Assembly (NCBI GenBank): GCA_035297365.1
Contig: DATGZA010000058.1
Location: 1 to 23,877 of the forward strand
DNA: 23,877 bases
From: Nitrososphaeraceae archaeon
Lineage (GTDB): Archaea > Thermoproteota > Nitrososphaeria > Nitrososphaerales > Nitrososphaeraceae
Direction of reading: 5' to 3'
The position numbers and the translations under genes were made by a program. The notes beneath the pieces are model-generated. The model was given only the letters and a program-made list of their open reading frames with translations. It was not told the DNA's origin and searched no databases. Positions 9,840-19,694 of the stretch are shown piece by piece (the stretch's first letter is position 1; each line of letters starts with the position of its first letter).

Positions 9840-9960
9840 TTATATCATGTTGATCTCTTGTTCTTTGTATCATTTTGCTTCTCCCTCTGTTAATTTAAAA
9901 TACATGGTATCATCATTAAATCGCTCAAATAAATTTTTAGGGATGTTATCTTTATCCAAA
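9840..9960 (-). pseudogene. C-terminal fragment of a small Nitrososphaeraceae protein
   Basis: LDKDNIPKNLFERFNDDTMYFKLTEGEAK*YKEQEINMI* resembles the 'DKDKFY.PK.L..RFDG...YF..T.EEA..YK' family as I recall it. It has an internal stop. Confidence 0.45.
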
Positions 9961-10328
9961 CAGTATCTGGCAAAAGAAAAATCTCGATTAGATTAACTCA
10001 TAAAAAGAAACAATTCAATAATTAAAAAAAGATATAAAAAGAAAAATCAATGATGAAATCGGTCAAAGGCTTATTCTTATATGGATAAGATAAATAAAAA
10101 AGATATTGAAAATTCTAATTGAAAAAAGGAATTATTATGAGTCAAGAAAAATGTACATAATACAAATATTCGAAACTTGTAAACCTCATAGATAAGTAAA
10201 AATAGCCATAACTACATCCTTATCTTAAGTGACGTATTACTATATTCATATAGTAAAAACCATTTAGACTTTTCGAGTATTTTACATAGCCATCAATAAG
10301 TTGTAGGAAGAGAGGGGAATTTAGGAGG

Positions 10329-10871
10329 TTACTTACTGGCTATTTCCTGAATAAGGCTTCTGACTGTATTGATATCAAGGTCTAGCTGATCAGCAATCAT
10401 ATCATCCGAAATACTAGATTCATAAAGATTTCTCAACATTTCTTTCTTTTCACTGTCTATTATATTAGAAGGTGGATATAGCGATAGCTCTGCTTCAACT
10501 GATTTAACATATTGTTCGACCTTCTCAATAATATAGTCTGTATTGGTTCCCTTGTTTGCTGAAAGTACCAGTACATGATCTTTGACTGGAATGTTAAATA
10601 TCTTTACTTTATCATAATCAAAAAAAACACATTTTAAAGCACCTAATTCTGGTGAAAACATTCTTCTCAAGTCAACAACATAAGCAGTTTGAGCCAAATT
10701 CAATTCAGGATTTCTTCCCTTAAGATAATCCTCAAGGCCTTCTCTCATACCTCCTCCATACATATGTCCTGACTTTTCCACTACCCCAGCAAATCTAATA
10801 CCAGGATCTAGTTCTAAAATATTTTTTGAGAATTGCTCTGCTTTCATATTCAATATTAAGTGATTGTTCAT
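10329..10871 (-). CDS. Roadblock-like (DUF6659-like) protein with a C-terminal helix-turn-helix
   Basis: ILELDPGIRFAGVV...ELGALKCVFFDYDKVKIFNIP, then SDDMIADQLDLDINTVRSLI. Confidence 0.85.
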   Translation of the reverse strand: MNNHLILNMKAEQFSKNILELDPGIRFAGVVEKSGHMYGGGMREGLEDYLKGRNPELNLAQTAYVVDLRRMFSPELGALKCVFFDYDKVKIFNIPVKDHVLVLSANKGTNTDYIIEKVEQYVKSVEAELSLYPPSNIIDSEKKEMLRNLYESSISDDMIADQLDLDINTVRSLIQEIASK

Positions 10872-11128
10872 ATTTAGTCTTTCTGTACTGGCTGCATTAG
10901 TTGTTTTTGTATTAACTAATTATGAAGGTATCCGTTAAATCCAAATTAGAAAGTAACATAGTCAAGAACACGTTTGTAGGAATTACGATAGATTCATAAT
11001 TTCATTTTTACATGAATTTTACTCTCCTAACTGCTGAAATACTTAGCCCTATACATAGTAATGAGACATGAATTACCATTTACTGTAAAAAAAGTATTCA
11101 TTAATGTAATTCAAGTAAATTTGTGATA

Positions 11129-11228
11129 GTGAACCCAGAAAACTACGGGCCCGTCGGGAGTAATACCGATATCGGTGCGATAATAAGAGTCTAATATAGA
11201 GATACCACTGCCATGTAATGTAGCTTTT
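11129..11228 (-). repeat. Site 4 (left arm, core, type A right arm)
   Basis: gtgaacccagaaaactacgggcccgtcgggagtaataccgatatcggtgcgataataagagtctaata...tgtagctttt. Confidence 0.92.
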
Positions 11229-11270
11229 TTTGTTTAAGTTTATTATTTATCATTTACTATTAGTAGTACG

Positions 11271-11999
11271 CTATTGTCGTGGTATTACATTTATATCATA
11301 CTTAACCTCTGACACAAAATTAAGATTACTAGTGGTAGTAACATCTGCTAGCAATCCACTAGCATAAATAGTATGATGACCCACCGGTAACTCTTTTAGA
11401 ATAACAAATGTACCATCTGATATTGCTTCGGTAGTTTGTGGAGGAACACCAAGAACATTATTTTCGGGTAATGTAACATTAAATAATGATGAGGCTACTC
11501 TGTAATTTTGTAAATCCTTTACTGGTATCGAATCGACAATTAGTTTAACATCTTTTACAGCATCTTGGTCAGACTTGGCACAATTACGTAAATCTTTTTC
11601 ATGTTTGAGTTCAGGATATTCTGCGAAAGTACATATTACTTCAATAGGGCTTACCAGAATAGCCATTCCTTCAGGAATAGAACATTTTCTTTCTTCATAG
11701 CCACCACTGGTTCCTGCTAGAAACCATACATTAGGATTATTTTGATTCATATTACAGTACTGTCCGGTCCTATCTGTAGAAGGATTAGAATCATTAGGAG
11801 AAGAAAGTAACCATTTCCACCATTCTGTCGACCATTCTCCATAAATCAAACCATATGGTTTTTCATTTGGTAAAAAAATAGAAAATTCAGAAGCTTCAAC
11901 TAACATACTAGAATTATTATTGAAGTATAACAAAGATAACAACAGAGAAATTGACAAAATAGTGAAATTTCGTATAAGATCATTAAACACAGACATCAT
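11271..11999 (-). CDS. Conserved exported protein of unknown function
   Basis: Signal peptide, then WSTEWWKW...NP..D.TGQYC..NQ..PNVWFLAGT.GG..ERKC.IP.G.AIL, a conserved extracellular family. Confidence 0.88.
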   Translation of the reverse strand: MMSVFNDLIRNFTILSISLLLSLLYFNNNSSMLVEASEFSIFLPNEKPYGLIYGEWSTEWWKWLLSSPNDSNPSTDRTGQYCNMNQNNPNVWFLAGTSGGYEERKCSIPEGMAILVSPIEVICTFAEYPELKHEKDLRNCAKSDQDAVKDVKLIVDSIPVKDLQNYRVASSLFNVTLPENNVLGVPPQTTEAISDGTFVILKELPVGHHTIYASGLLADVTTTSNLNFVSEVKYDINVIPRQ

Positions 12000-12109
12000 T
12001 TCATCAAATACTATAAAAATTCTTCTAAACTAAAATTTTAAGAATTCAGCAATGATAAAATTTTATTTAACAATATTTAAATTAATAAAAAGATATCGTT
12101 ATGCATTGA

Positions 12110-13462
12110 TTGAATATTCACACTTTTGGTAATAACAAGATTTTCTATATTCTATCGTCATTATTAGTTTTAATTTTTTTGTTAGATATCAATATTCTAA
12201 AAACATTTGATTTAGTTAATAAAACTTATACAAACTATAGCATTTTTATTTTTCTTAGTATATCCGTAACTTTTTTGATTCTATCTTCTCTTATATTAAA
12301 ATACAATTGGAATTATATAAATGAGTTTATTAAAAAATCTAATAGAATTTATACTATATTCAAAATAACTCTACTAACTCAGGTTTTTCTATCTTCATTG
12401 CTTATACTTTTAAATTATGAAGTAATTATGTTACATTATTACTCTACGTATATAATAATAATATCTCTTTTCGGAAGTTATTCTTTAAGTTTTTTTATTC
12501 TTTTTTTCCTTACATACAAATTTTTACGTTGGTATAATATAAAAAGAAATTATATATTAATCTTTTATTCACTTGCTTTTGGTACGATATTTCTTGAATC
12601 AATTTTTAAATTAGGTTTCACGGAAATCATGATAATATTCAAACCTCAATTAATATTTCCCATGACAATAGGTTCGTCAATTTTTATCCCTGCTTACTCT
12701 CTTCAAGGTTATTTAAATAACATCTTTCCAATCTTATCTGTACTTTCTTTTGTCTTTGCTTGGATTGCTAGCTCCATTATGATGAAAGAATATTCAAGTA
12801 AAGTTGGTGGAATAATTAAATATTGGGTAATTGTTACCGTTCCATTAATTTTTTATATCAGTCAATTTTTTGTTCAATTTAACAGTCAAATTATTTTTCA
12901 GCTAACCTCCAATATAACATCTCTTAGTATCATTCTTACAATAGTTTTTATATTTAGTAAATTAATAGGAGGTTTATTATTTGGAATACCATTCTGGATA
13001 ATATCAAAAACAATTCATAACTCTGCTATAAAAACTTCTATGACAATAGCGGGATTTGGATTTGTCTTTTTATTTTTGACTAATCAAGCTCAGGGAATTG
13101 TTGTAACTCCATACCCTCCATTTGGAATTACTACAACTTTGTTTTTTGGTCTTTCTTCATTTCTTGTGATGATAGGACTTTATTGTTCTGCAATTTATAT
13201 TTCTGAAAATAGAGATATTAGAAAGCTAATAAGAAATGATATTCTCAAATATGATTTGTTACGACAGATAAGCAATAGGTTTATAGAAGATAAAACAATT
13301 AATTATATTAACCAAATTAGAAAATCGTCTAAAAATGAATTATTTGTAGATTACAATAGGTTATTTTTAAATGATAAAGACATAAAACAATATGTTAAAG
13401 ATGTAATTGATGAAATAAGTAAAAAAAATGATAACGGTAACAAGAATAATAAAAAAGAATAA
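12110..13462 (+). CDS. Polytopic membrane protein of unknown function
   Basis: 450-aa ORF with about 10 hydrophobic segments, a PYPPFG motif and a charged C-terminal tail. Confidence 0.85.
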   Translation: MNIHTFGNNKIFYILSSLLVLIFLLDINILKTFDLVNKTYTNYSIFIFLSISVTFLILSSLILKYNWNYINEFIKKSNRIYTIFKITLLTQVFLSSLLILLNYEVIMLHYYSTYIIIISLFGSYSLSFFILFFLTYKFLRWYNIKRNYILIFYSLAFGTIFLESIFKLGFTEIMIIFKPQLIFPMTIGSSIFIPAYSLQGYLNNIFPILSVLSFVFAWIASSIMMKEYSSKVGGIIKYWVIVTVPLIFYISQFFVQFNSQIIFQLTSNITSLSIILTIVFIFSKLIGGLLFGIPFWIISKTIHNSAIKTSMTIAGFGFVFLFLTNQAQGIVVTPYPPFGITTTLFFGLSSFLVMIGLYCSAIYISENRDIRKLIRNDILKYDLLRQISNRFIEDKTINYINQIRKSSKNELFVDYNRLFLNDKDIKQYVKDVIDEISKKNDNGNKNNKKE

Positions 13463-13480
13463 GAGGCATTCCAAGTTCGG

Positions 13481-13553
13481 CGGGAGTAATACCGATAGCG
13501 GTGCAAAGATAAGAGTCTAATGTTATAGTGAAGAGAATATTTAAAAATTACTT
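13481..13553 (-). repeat. Site 5 (end of core, type A right arm)
   Basis: cgggagtaataccgatagcggtgcaaagataagagtctaatgttatagtgaagagaatattta. Confidence 0.9.
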
Positions 13554-13868
13554 CTCAACAATTATAAAAGTTTGAATTCTCTAAAATTTAGAATAAGAAA
13601 AAACAAAAAAATAACCATTAAAACATAAAGTTAAAATTTCATATATTTCGTCTTTCTCAGTCTTAACTAGTAGTTAATCCTAGGTGCCATATTATTTCTT
13701 TTATAGTCTTTATATATTGCACAGTAACAGATTCATGTTGGAGAATTCAGACGGTTCAAATCATTTATAACATTTTTAAATTTTCAATATTTATTATAGT
13801 GCCCAAAATAGTCTAAATTATAAAATTTAAATTTGGTTTACCATAATATAAAATCCATAACGATTATT

Positions 13869-14131
13869 ATGACTATCTTTGATGTATTTGCATTCATCAG
13901 TGGAATTATCCAATAGGAGTAGGTAGCCTTTTACTTTATTCTTTCTTAGCTAGACCTTATAAGCAAAATGGTGTAACAGTCAGAGGAATTTTTTTTATTG
14001 GTCCAATTCCAATAGTACTTAATAATGACAACCAAGACATTAATTTATTATCTATAATATTTTCGATATCTTTAATAGCAGTATTTTTTGTTTTATTCTT
14101 TTTTATCCTTTTAAATTATATTAATTTATAG
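13869..14131 (+). pseudogene. DUF131/TIGR00304-like small membrane protein, frameshifted
   Basis: MTIFDVFAFISGII, one base missing near 13910, then IGVGSLLLYSFL...VRGIFFIGPIPIVL...*. GxFFIGPIPIV is the family signature. Confidence 0.75.
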
Positions 14132-14133
14132 AA

Positions 14134-14624
14134 ATGAAAAAATGCAAAAACTGTCAGGTTAATGATGCTAGATACATTTGTTTTGGATGTAGTAGAGAAT
14201 TTTGTACTTATTGTATGAAAGAAGATGAGTTTCTTTGCTCTCAGTATAGATATAATAAACAACATGAAAATCAAAAACAACAACGACAACAAGAAAACAA
14301 ATCCAAATTAAAAAAAAGAATCATAGGATAATCAATATTATTTATATAATAATTGCATCATCAATATTATTTCTAGGTATAATTTTAGTATTAACATCAT
14401 ATCCATCTCTTATTAATATGATTAGTAGTAGTAGTAACGGTACTATATCAGAAGAAGAGCAATACAATAATAATAGAGACGGATTTATCTACATTTTTCG
14501 ATTTCCATTTGCTATACCGCTTGAGTTTAATTGTTTATTTATTATACCTCTGATACTGACTTTTATCATCATTATACCAATAATTTTACTTTTAATTTTT
14601 CTGAAATCAATAAAAATATCCTGA
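14134..14624 (+). pseudogene. Zinc-finger plus membrane protein split by a frameshift at an A8 tract
   Basis: N-terminus CKNC...CFGC...CTYC. Adding one A to 14310-14317 reads through KKKNHRIINIIYIIIASSILFLGIILVL into ORF 14418..14624 (GFIYIFRFPFAIP, TM helix). Confidence 0.7.
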
Positions 14625-14831
14625 AAATGAATATAAAGTCTCAAATAGAATAAAAAAATAAACAAGAACCTTGTATATCAAGATTTGAATCCTACATGCA
14701 TTATAATGAGGTTTTTGCTAATTTGTATTTAGCTGTTATTATTAGAAACTTATTTTTAAACGGATACCAATGTGGAGTTACTATAAAAATTAATATTATA
14801 TATTTTGATATATAAAAAAATATTAAATTAA

Positions 14832-15095
14832 TTAGTCATTTTTGATGATAGTAGCTTGTAATAATTCGCCCATTTCATTATGCATTTTAAGATAGTTTAG
14901 TCCCTTTTCTGTAGTCTTGAATGTGTGATTCACATCAAGATATTCTAGTAGATTGTTTTCTGTCAAAACAGAAAGATATTCCTTTAATTGTGCATAACTT
15001 AGAAAAGCTTTGTACATAATTTTTGTCTTGGTTGCTCTTCCATTTGCAGCGTCCAGTATATTACCCACTATTTCCGTTCTACTTCTATATTTCAT
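14832..15095 (-). CDS. Archaeal winged-helix transcription regulator (HTH_45/DUF4364-like)
   Basis: MKYRSRTEIV..IL....ATKTKIMYKAFLSYAQLKEYL..L.ENNLL......FKTTEKG. Confidence 0.93.
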   Translation of the reverse strand: MKYRSRTEIVGNILDAANGRATKTKIMYKAFLSYAQLKEYLSVLTENNLLEYLDVNHTFKTTEKGLNYLKMHNEMGELLQATIIKND

Positions 15096-15476
15096 ATTAT
15101 TATAAGGTTGTTTAGTTATTTTAGTTTAATATCACAGTCAAAGGTAAGATAATTATAGTACAAACATTCTAAATATTATTTGCAAATAAAGAAAATATAT
15201 AAGAAAAGGTAATTCCTTAACACTCAATAAAAATCAATAGTAATAGTTGCAGATCATGTTTTGATACATGAAAACGAAATGAAAGATTATTTAGATTATG
15301 TGAAATTCTGAGAGATACAATAGTTATGACAACAACAACAAAACTACTTCCGAATTTACTAAAATGTTAAAGATGCTCTGAAACTCAGTATAATAGTAAA
15401 TTTGAACTAACAAGGCTGTTTGAATTTTAGTTCTTTTTAACAATAGGGTTAGCCTACATTTTCAGCAAGCTGCTCT

Positions 15477-15530
15477 GGAGTAGTGCCCTCAATGTAGAAT
15501 GGTTCTACTCTCTTATATTTAGCTTCTATT
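15477..15530 (-). repeat. Site 6 (degenerate type B right arm)
   Basis: ggagtagtgccctcaatgtagaatggttctactctcttatatttagcttctat aligns without gaps to 20643-20695. Confidence 0.75.
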
Positions 15531-15589
15531 ATTGAGAACTTAAATTGATTTTGTCGTATCAGAAAGTTTTAGGAACTCGATATTCACTT

Positions 15590-15646
15590 CGTCGGGAGTA
15601 ACATTGATAGCGGTGCAAAAATAAGATAATATTTAAGATTTACTTT
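15590..15646 (-). repeat. Site 7 (partial core, internally deleted type A arm)
   Basis: cgtcgggagtaacattgatagcggtgcaaaaataagataatatttaagatttacttt. Confidence 0.85.
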
Positions 15647-15679
15647 ACATCCTAATAATGATAAGAAAGTTGAATATTA

Positions 15680-16759
15680 CTAATTTAACAATTTTTTAAC
15701 AGTGCTTATTAATGCCTTTCTATCAACGGGTTTTATCAATATTTGTTCCTTGGATAATCCTGGAATTATAGTTAATATTTCATCTGGTATGTCTAAAACA
15801 CTTATAAAAAGAATTTTAATTGTGGGATCGATTGATTTTATTTGCTGTTGTAATTGAAATCCATTCAAATCTTTCATTTTGATATCGAGTGTTACTAGTA
15901 GATCATTAAAATTTGGAAGATCTTTAATAAAATTCAATGCCTTGCAGGGGTCTGTGAAAGAAATTATTTCATAACCATTTTCCTTTAAAAATGATTCATA
16001 AGTAAAAAGTATATCTGGGTCATCATCGACTAAAATTATTCTTTTGTTATTGCTTCTTTGAGTAAAAAATAAATCTTTTTCTCTTTTAGTTTCTGTAAAA
16101 TCGTCAGTAGAGGTAGTAATACTATTATCAAGATACAATTCATTAATTTTTTTTATACTGTATGTAGGGTATCCAATTGTTTCGGTTATCTTACATTCAC
16201 CATTGTTTATAAAATTATAATTGTTAGCAATATTAGAAAACGATTTTAAAATTCTATAAAAATTATCTCCAATAATTATTTGATTTACAATAGACAGGGA
16301 TGAATTTATCTTTGAACAGCGGTTTACTGTTGCCCCGAATAAATCTATCTGGCTATAATCACCAACTAAAGCTAAATCTAAAACACCAAAATCCATGCTA
16401 ATTCTATAGCTGAATGGGGGAAGATGCTGCTTGGATAATTCTTGATTAAGAGTAAAGCGGGAATCTAAGATTTTCAACCCGCATTCAATCACTTCTCTAA
16501 AAGCCTTTTCGTTTTTAGTATCAGATGCTTTTGGAAAATATAATAATAAACAATCACCAATATTCTTAATGACTTTCCCACCATAACTTTTAACTATTTC
16601 TGATATTGAATTCATAAATTTAGAATAATAAATTCTAATATGTTCTAATTTGTCCATTGTAATGGTATTTTGAGTAGAATCTACCAAATCAATAAAAACT
16701 ACACAACTCTTTATTGAATCACCAGAAAATCTAATTTCTTGTGAAGAAAAATTTTTCAT
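15680..16759 (-). CDS. Class III nucleotidyl (adenylate/guanylate) cyclase domain fused to a C-terminal receiver domain
   Basis: Cyclase motifs FIDLVDST, VIKNIGDCLL, IDLFGATVN; REC motifs IILVDDD, LDIKMKDLNG, IKPV. Confidence 0.93.
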   Translation of the reverse strand: MKNFSSQEIRFSGDSIKSCVVFIDLVDSTQNTITMDKLEHIRIYYSKFMNSISEIVKSYGGKVIKNIGDCLLLYFPKASDTKNEKAFREVIECGLKILDSRFTLNQELSKQHLPPFSYRISMDFGVLDLALVGDYSQIDLFGATVNRCSKINSSLSIVNQIIIGDNFYRILKSFSNIANNYNFINNGECKITETIGYPTYSIKKINELYLDNSITTSTDDFTETKREKDLFFTQRSNNKRIILVDDDPDILFTYESFLKENGYEIISFTDPCKALNFIKDLPNFNDLLVTLDIKMKDLNGFQLQQQIKSIDPTIKILFISVLDIPDEILTIIPGLSKEQILIKPVDRKALISTVKKLLN

Positions 16760-16819
16760 AATATTTCACACGAAACTAAACAACTAATAATTTTTTATAG
16801 TAGAATAAAAAAGTAAAAA

Positions 16820-17374
16820 TTAGTGGTTGTAAGATTTTTGAACCTTATTTACAAAGCTAAAGAAGTCTTGAACTGAATCGTTATAGTATTTTTGTGCAAT
16901 TTCCATAGATTTGTTAACGGTTTCTGAGTATCCAAATACACAGTCATTTATTCTTCGTGTAGCATTTATTGCATTATCTTTAATATTTTGGTTGGTATTA
17001 CTATAAACATCTGTATATTCTTGTGGATAAATAAATTTATTCCAATAAGATTTGTTATTATATATATTATCTATAAATTTGGAAAATACTGATTGATAAG
17101 TATTAAGAATATTTTTTTGTAAATCCCCATAGTTGTTAGAGATTGATTGGATTGTGTTAATATTTTGTTCTTGATATTTGTTTGTTGTACCTATATTTTT
17201 TTCAAGAATGTCATTCTTTGTCTTTTGATATTCATTGATAGTATTAGTAATCCTATTCGTTCTTTCAGTGAAATTACTGTTGCCTTTGTTAAGTCTAGCT
17301 GTATTTTTTTCATTAAATTTTGGTTTATTTATAGTTATATTTTCATTTCTTTTTATTTCTTCTTTTGTCAACAC
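16820..17374 (-). CDS. Asn/Gln-rich helical hypothetical protein of a Nitrososphaeraceae family
   Basis: Long ORF (TNKYQEQNINTIQSISNNY...ATRRIND...NKSMEIAQKYYND). The likely start is GTG/TTG at 17374/17371, about 25 nt after a TTTATA box; the ORF track begins at 17434. Confidence 0.8.
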   Translation of the reverse strand: MLTKEEIKRNENITINKPKFNEKNTARLNKGNSNFTERTNRITNTINEYQKTKNDILEKNIGTTNKYQEQNINTIQSISNNYGDLQKNILNTYQSVFSKFIDNIYNNKSYWNKFIYPQEYTDVYSNTNQNIKDNAINATRRINDCVFGYSETVNKSMEIAQKYYNDSVQDFFSFVNKVQKSYNH

Positions 17375-17831
17375 AATTATATTTCTATTGCTAAGGTATA
17401 TAAATGTACATAATGATGTCCAGTGCATAGTCATATTTGTTTTTGTATGATCTACTTATTTGTATAATTGGACGCAATATATTTACAATTACCATAATTA
17501 CAAGTAAAGGAGAGGAGATAAGTACTGAAACATGAGTAATACAATTTATCAATTCTTGTTTTCTAGCATATTGATTCAGGAATTTCTGTTACTTGACTAT
17601 ATTAAAAGTAAAAATTAGATAAAATTATAAAAAATATATATAAAATAGATATTCTTTACAAAGTTTTATATTACTAGCAATTTAGTCATATGTTTTATCA
17701 AAAAAAATTGAAATCGTCTTTAACATTCATTAACTATAAGGGGCGTTTTTAGATGACAACTTTATCTTCGATAATTCGGTATAAAGTAGAATTTAAATAT
17801 AGCATTTTGTGGCATATAAAACAAGTAGCAG

Positions 17832-18382
17832 ATGACTAATTCATCTTTTCCACAATTATCTGGTAAGCTAGTCAATTTAAGAGAACCTTCAAGTGATGAT
17901 GTTACAAATATAGTAAATCTTATGAGTTATGATATAGCTAAATATCTTTATGAAGTTCCATATCCTTATAAGATAGATGATGCTTAAAATTTATTAAATC
18001 TAGTTGTGATGATTTTAGGCTACATAAATCAATAACTTTTGCTATAGACTATAAAAATAAATTTCAATCAGTTCGTCTACTAGTTGGAATTATAGCTATT
18101 AAAGATATTGATTATGTTAATAAAAAAGCAAATATAGGATACTGGATTGGCCAACAATATCATGGCAAAGGCACAGCAACAGAATGTATTGAACTCGTCG
18201 TTAACTACGCATTTGACGTATTGGAATTGAAAGAGATTTCAGCTTATGTTTTTCCAAAAAATAAACCTTCTATAAGAGTTTTGGAAAAAAATCGTTTTGT
18301 AAAGACAAAGAAAGTAAATGAATACCATCCTATCACAAATAGTTATAGAAATTCTTTAGTTTATATAATAAAAAAATACTAA
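17832..18382 (+). pseudogene. RimJ/RimL-type GNAT N-acetyltransferase, frameshifted
   Basis: MTNSSFPQLSGKLVNLRE...VPYPYKIDDA, one base missing near 17985, then KFIKSS...ANIGYWIGQQYHGKGTATE...AYVFPKNKPSIRVLEKNRF. Confidence 0.88.
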
Positions 18383-18424
18383 ATAGTAAATTGTAAAGAA
18401 CATAATTTTAGCACTTATATCAGC

Positions 18425-18464
18425 ACGGGCCAGTCGGGTTGAGTGGCATTTTTGCCTCTATTTT
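18425..18464 (-). repeat. Site 8 (core, type C right arm)
   Basis: acgggccagtcgggttgagtggcatttttgcctctatttt, nearly identical to 23575-23614. Confidence 0.85.
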
Positions 18465-18558
18465 GTTATTTATTTCTTAAGAATAATTAATAAAAAAAAT
18501 TATACAATGTTAAAAATTTTATTCCACAAATTTTAAAGACTTGTTTCCATACTTATAG

Positions 18559-19283
18559 ATGGGCGATTTTGTTATCTCAGCAGATAGTACTCTTATCAAG
18601 ACTAAAGGTTCTGTCTGGCATAAATCCTCTACGACTAAAGAAATAGTACCACATTCTGGTATCGATACTGATGCAAGATAGGGATTCAGTTATACAAAGG
18701 AGGGTTGGATATTTGGATACAAATTACATTTGATATCAACTACTGGTTCCATTATAGTACCATTGGCAGCAGATTTTACAACAGCCAACATACCTGACAA
18801 TCAAATATACAGTACAGTAACATGCAGTCTGCCTGTTACAAACACAAGAGAAACATATTATATGTCTGCAGATCCTGGATACGATGATCATAAACTGTAC
18901 GATCTCAGCAGAGATATGGGATTTCAATTGGTGTGTCCGGTACAGAGATATGAAAATATACCTGCTGACAGGATAAAATTAGTTGAATTTTATGAATCTA
19001 ATATTGGACAGGCTATCTATTCTCTAAGAAGTATATCAATTGAACCATTGATAGAACATATCAAATCTATCTTTAGAATAGACCCATTACCTGTAAGAGG
19101 ATATGATAAGGCTTGTGCAGCAGTACTATTGTCAGTCTTGCTGTACCACATACTTGTGTATTATAACTGTAAAACTAACAAAAAGAATCCCAGAGCAATC
19201 AAATACATGCTACGAACATAATGATTGATTACATGCTACTATTAGCATGATAATACTTGTTCACTGAATTATGACCCATCCTC
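18559..19283 (+). mobile_element. Defective IS with a DDE_Tnp_1-type (IS4/IS5-like) transposase pseudogene
   Basis: In frame from 18559: ISADSTLIK...GIDTDAR*GFSYTKEGWIFGYKLHL...SADPGYDD...RSISIEPLIEHIK. TAG at 18679-18681 replaces a Trp, the N-terminus is missing, and the ORF stops at 19221. A possible right end is ttatgacccatcctc. Confidence 0.85.
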
Positions 19284-19289
19284 AGATAT

Positions 19290-19466
19290 TTAATCTTCAA
19301 AGAAAGGTCTATGTTGAACATCGAAACCTGGAGAGATATTTGCAAATTGCATTATTGTGATCATTTTGCATACTTTGTCCTGTAACTCTGAATGTTCAAT
19401 AAATTTCTTTTTACAAATAGGACATTTAGTTTCTTTTCCTACATTCATAATGTTACTATCGCTCAT
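19290..19466 (-). CDS. Small putative zinc-binding protein (58 aa)
   Basis: MSDSNIMNVGKETKCPICKKKFIEHSELQDKVC. The start is placed at ATG 19466 because its upstream region is homologous to that of the gene starting at 20405. Confidence 0.7.
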   Translation of the reverse strand: MSDSNIMNVGKETKCPICKKKFIEHSELQDKVCKMITIMQFANISPGFDVQHRPFFED

Positions 19467-19549
19467 TACATTGTTGAATGCGAATTTAATATATCTATGA
19501 TTAGAAGGAACCTTATCTAATGTTCTAATATTCATCCATTCTGAATTAT
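19451..19549 (-). promoter_or_regulatory. Duplicated promoter/start region, copy 1
   Basis: Ungapped 99-bp similarity to 20390-20488, with a TATATTAAA box roughly 20-25 nt before the ATG on the minus strand. Confidence 0.7.
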
Positions 19550-19694
19550 TCACAATTAGAAAAATCGAGATTGATCTTAGTATAAAAAGATAATATTTAT
19601 CCTAATTTTGTACCCTATACATTGGTATTAGTAATATCGTTAAAGTAATACATTGATCAATTTGTATTTGTAGGAAAAAATGAAAAATAGAAAA

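Noticed and set aside
13722-13757. Possible inverted, degenerate site (minus strand gaaccgtctgaattctccaacatgaatctg)
   Set aside because: Only ccgtc matches the core and neither arm is present.
17147-17450. Plus-strand ORFs 17147..17413 and 17235..17450
   Set aside because: They are shadows of the minus-strand gene; the hydrophobicity comes from T-richness.
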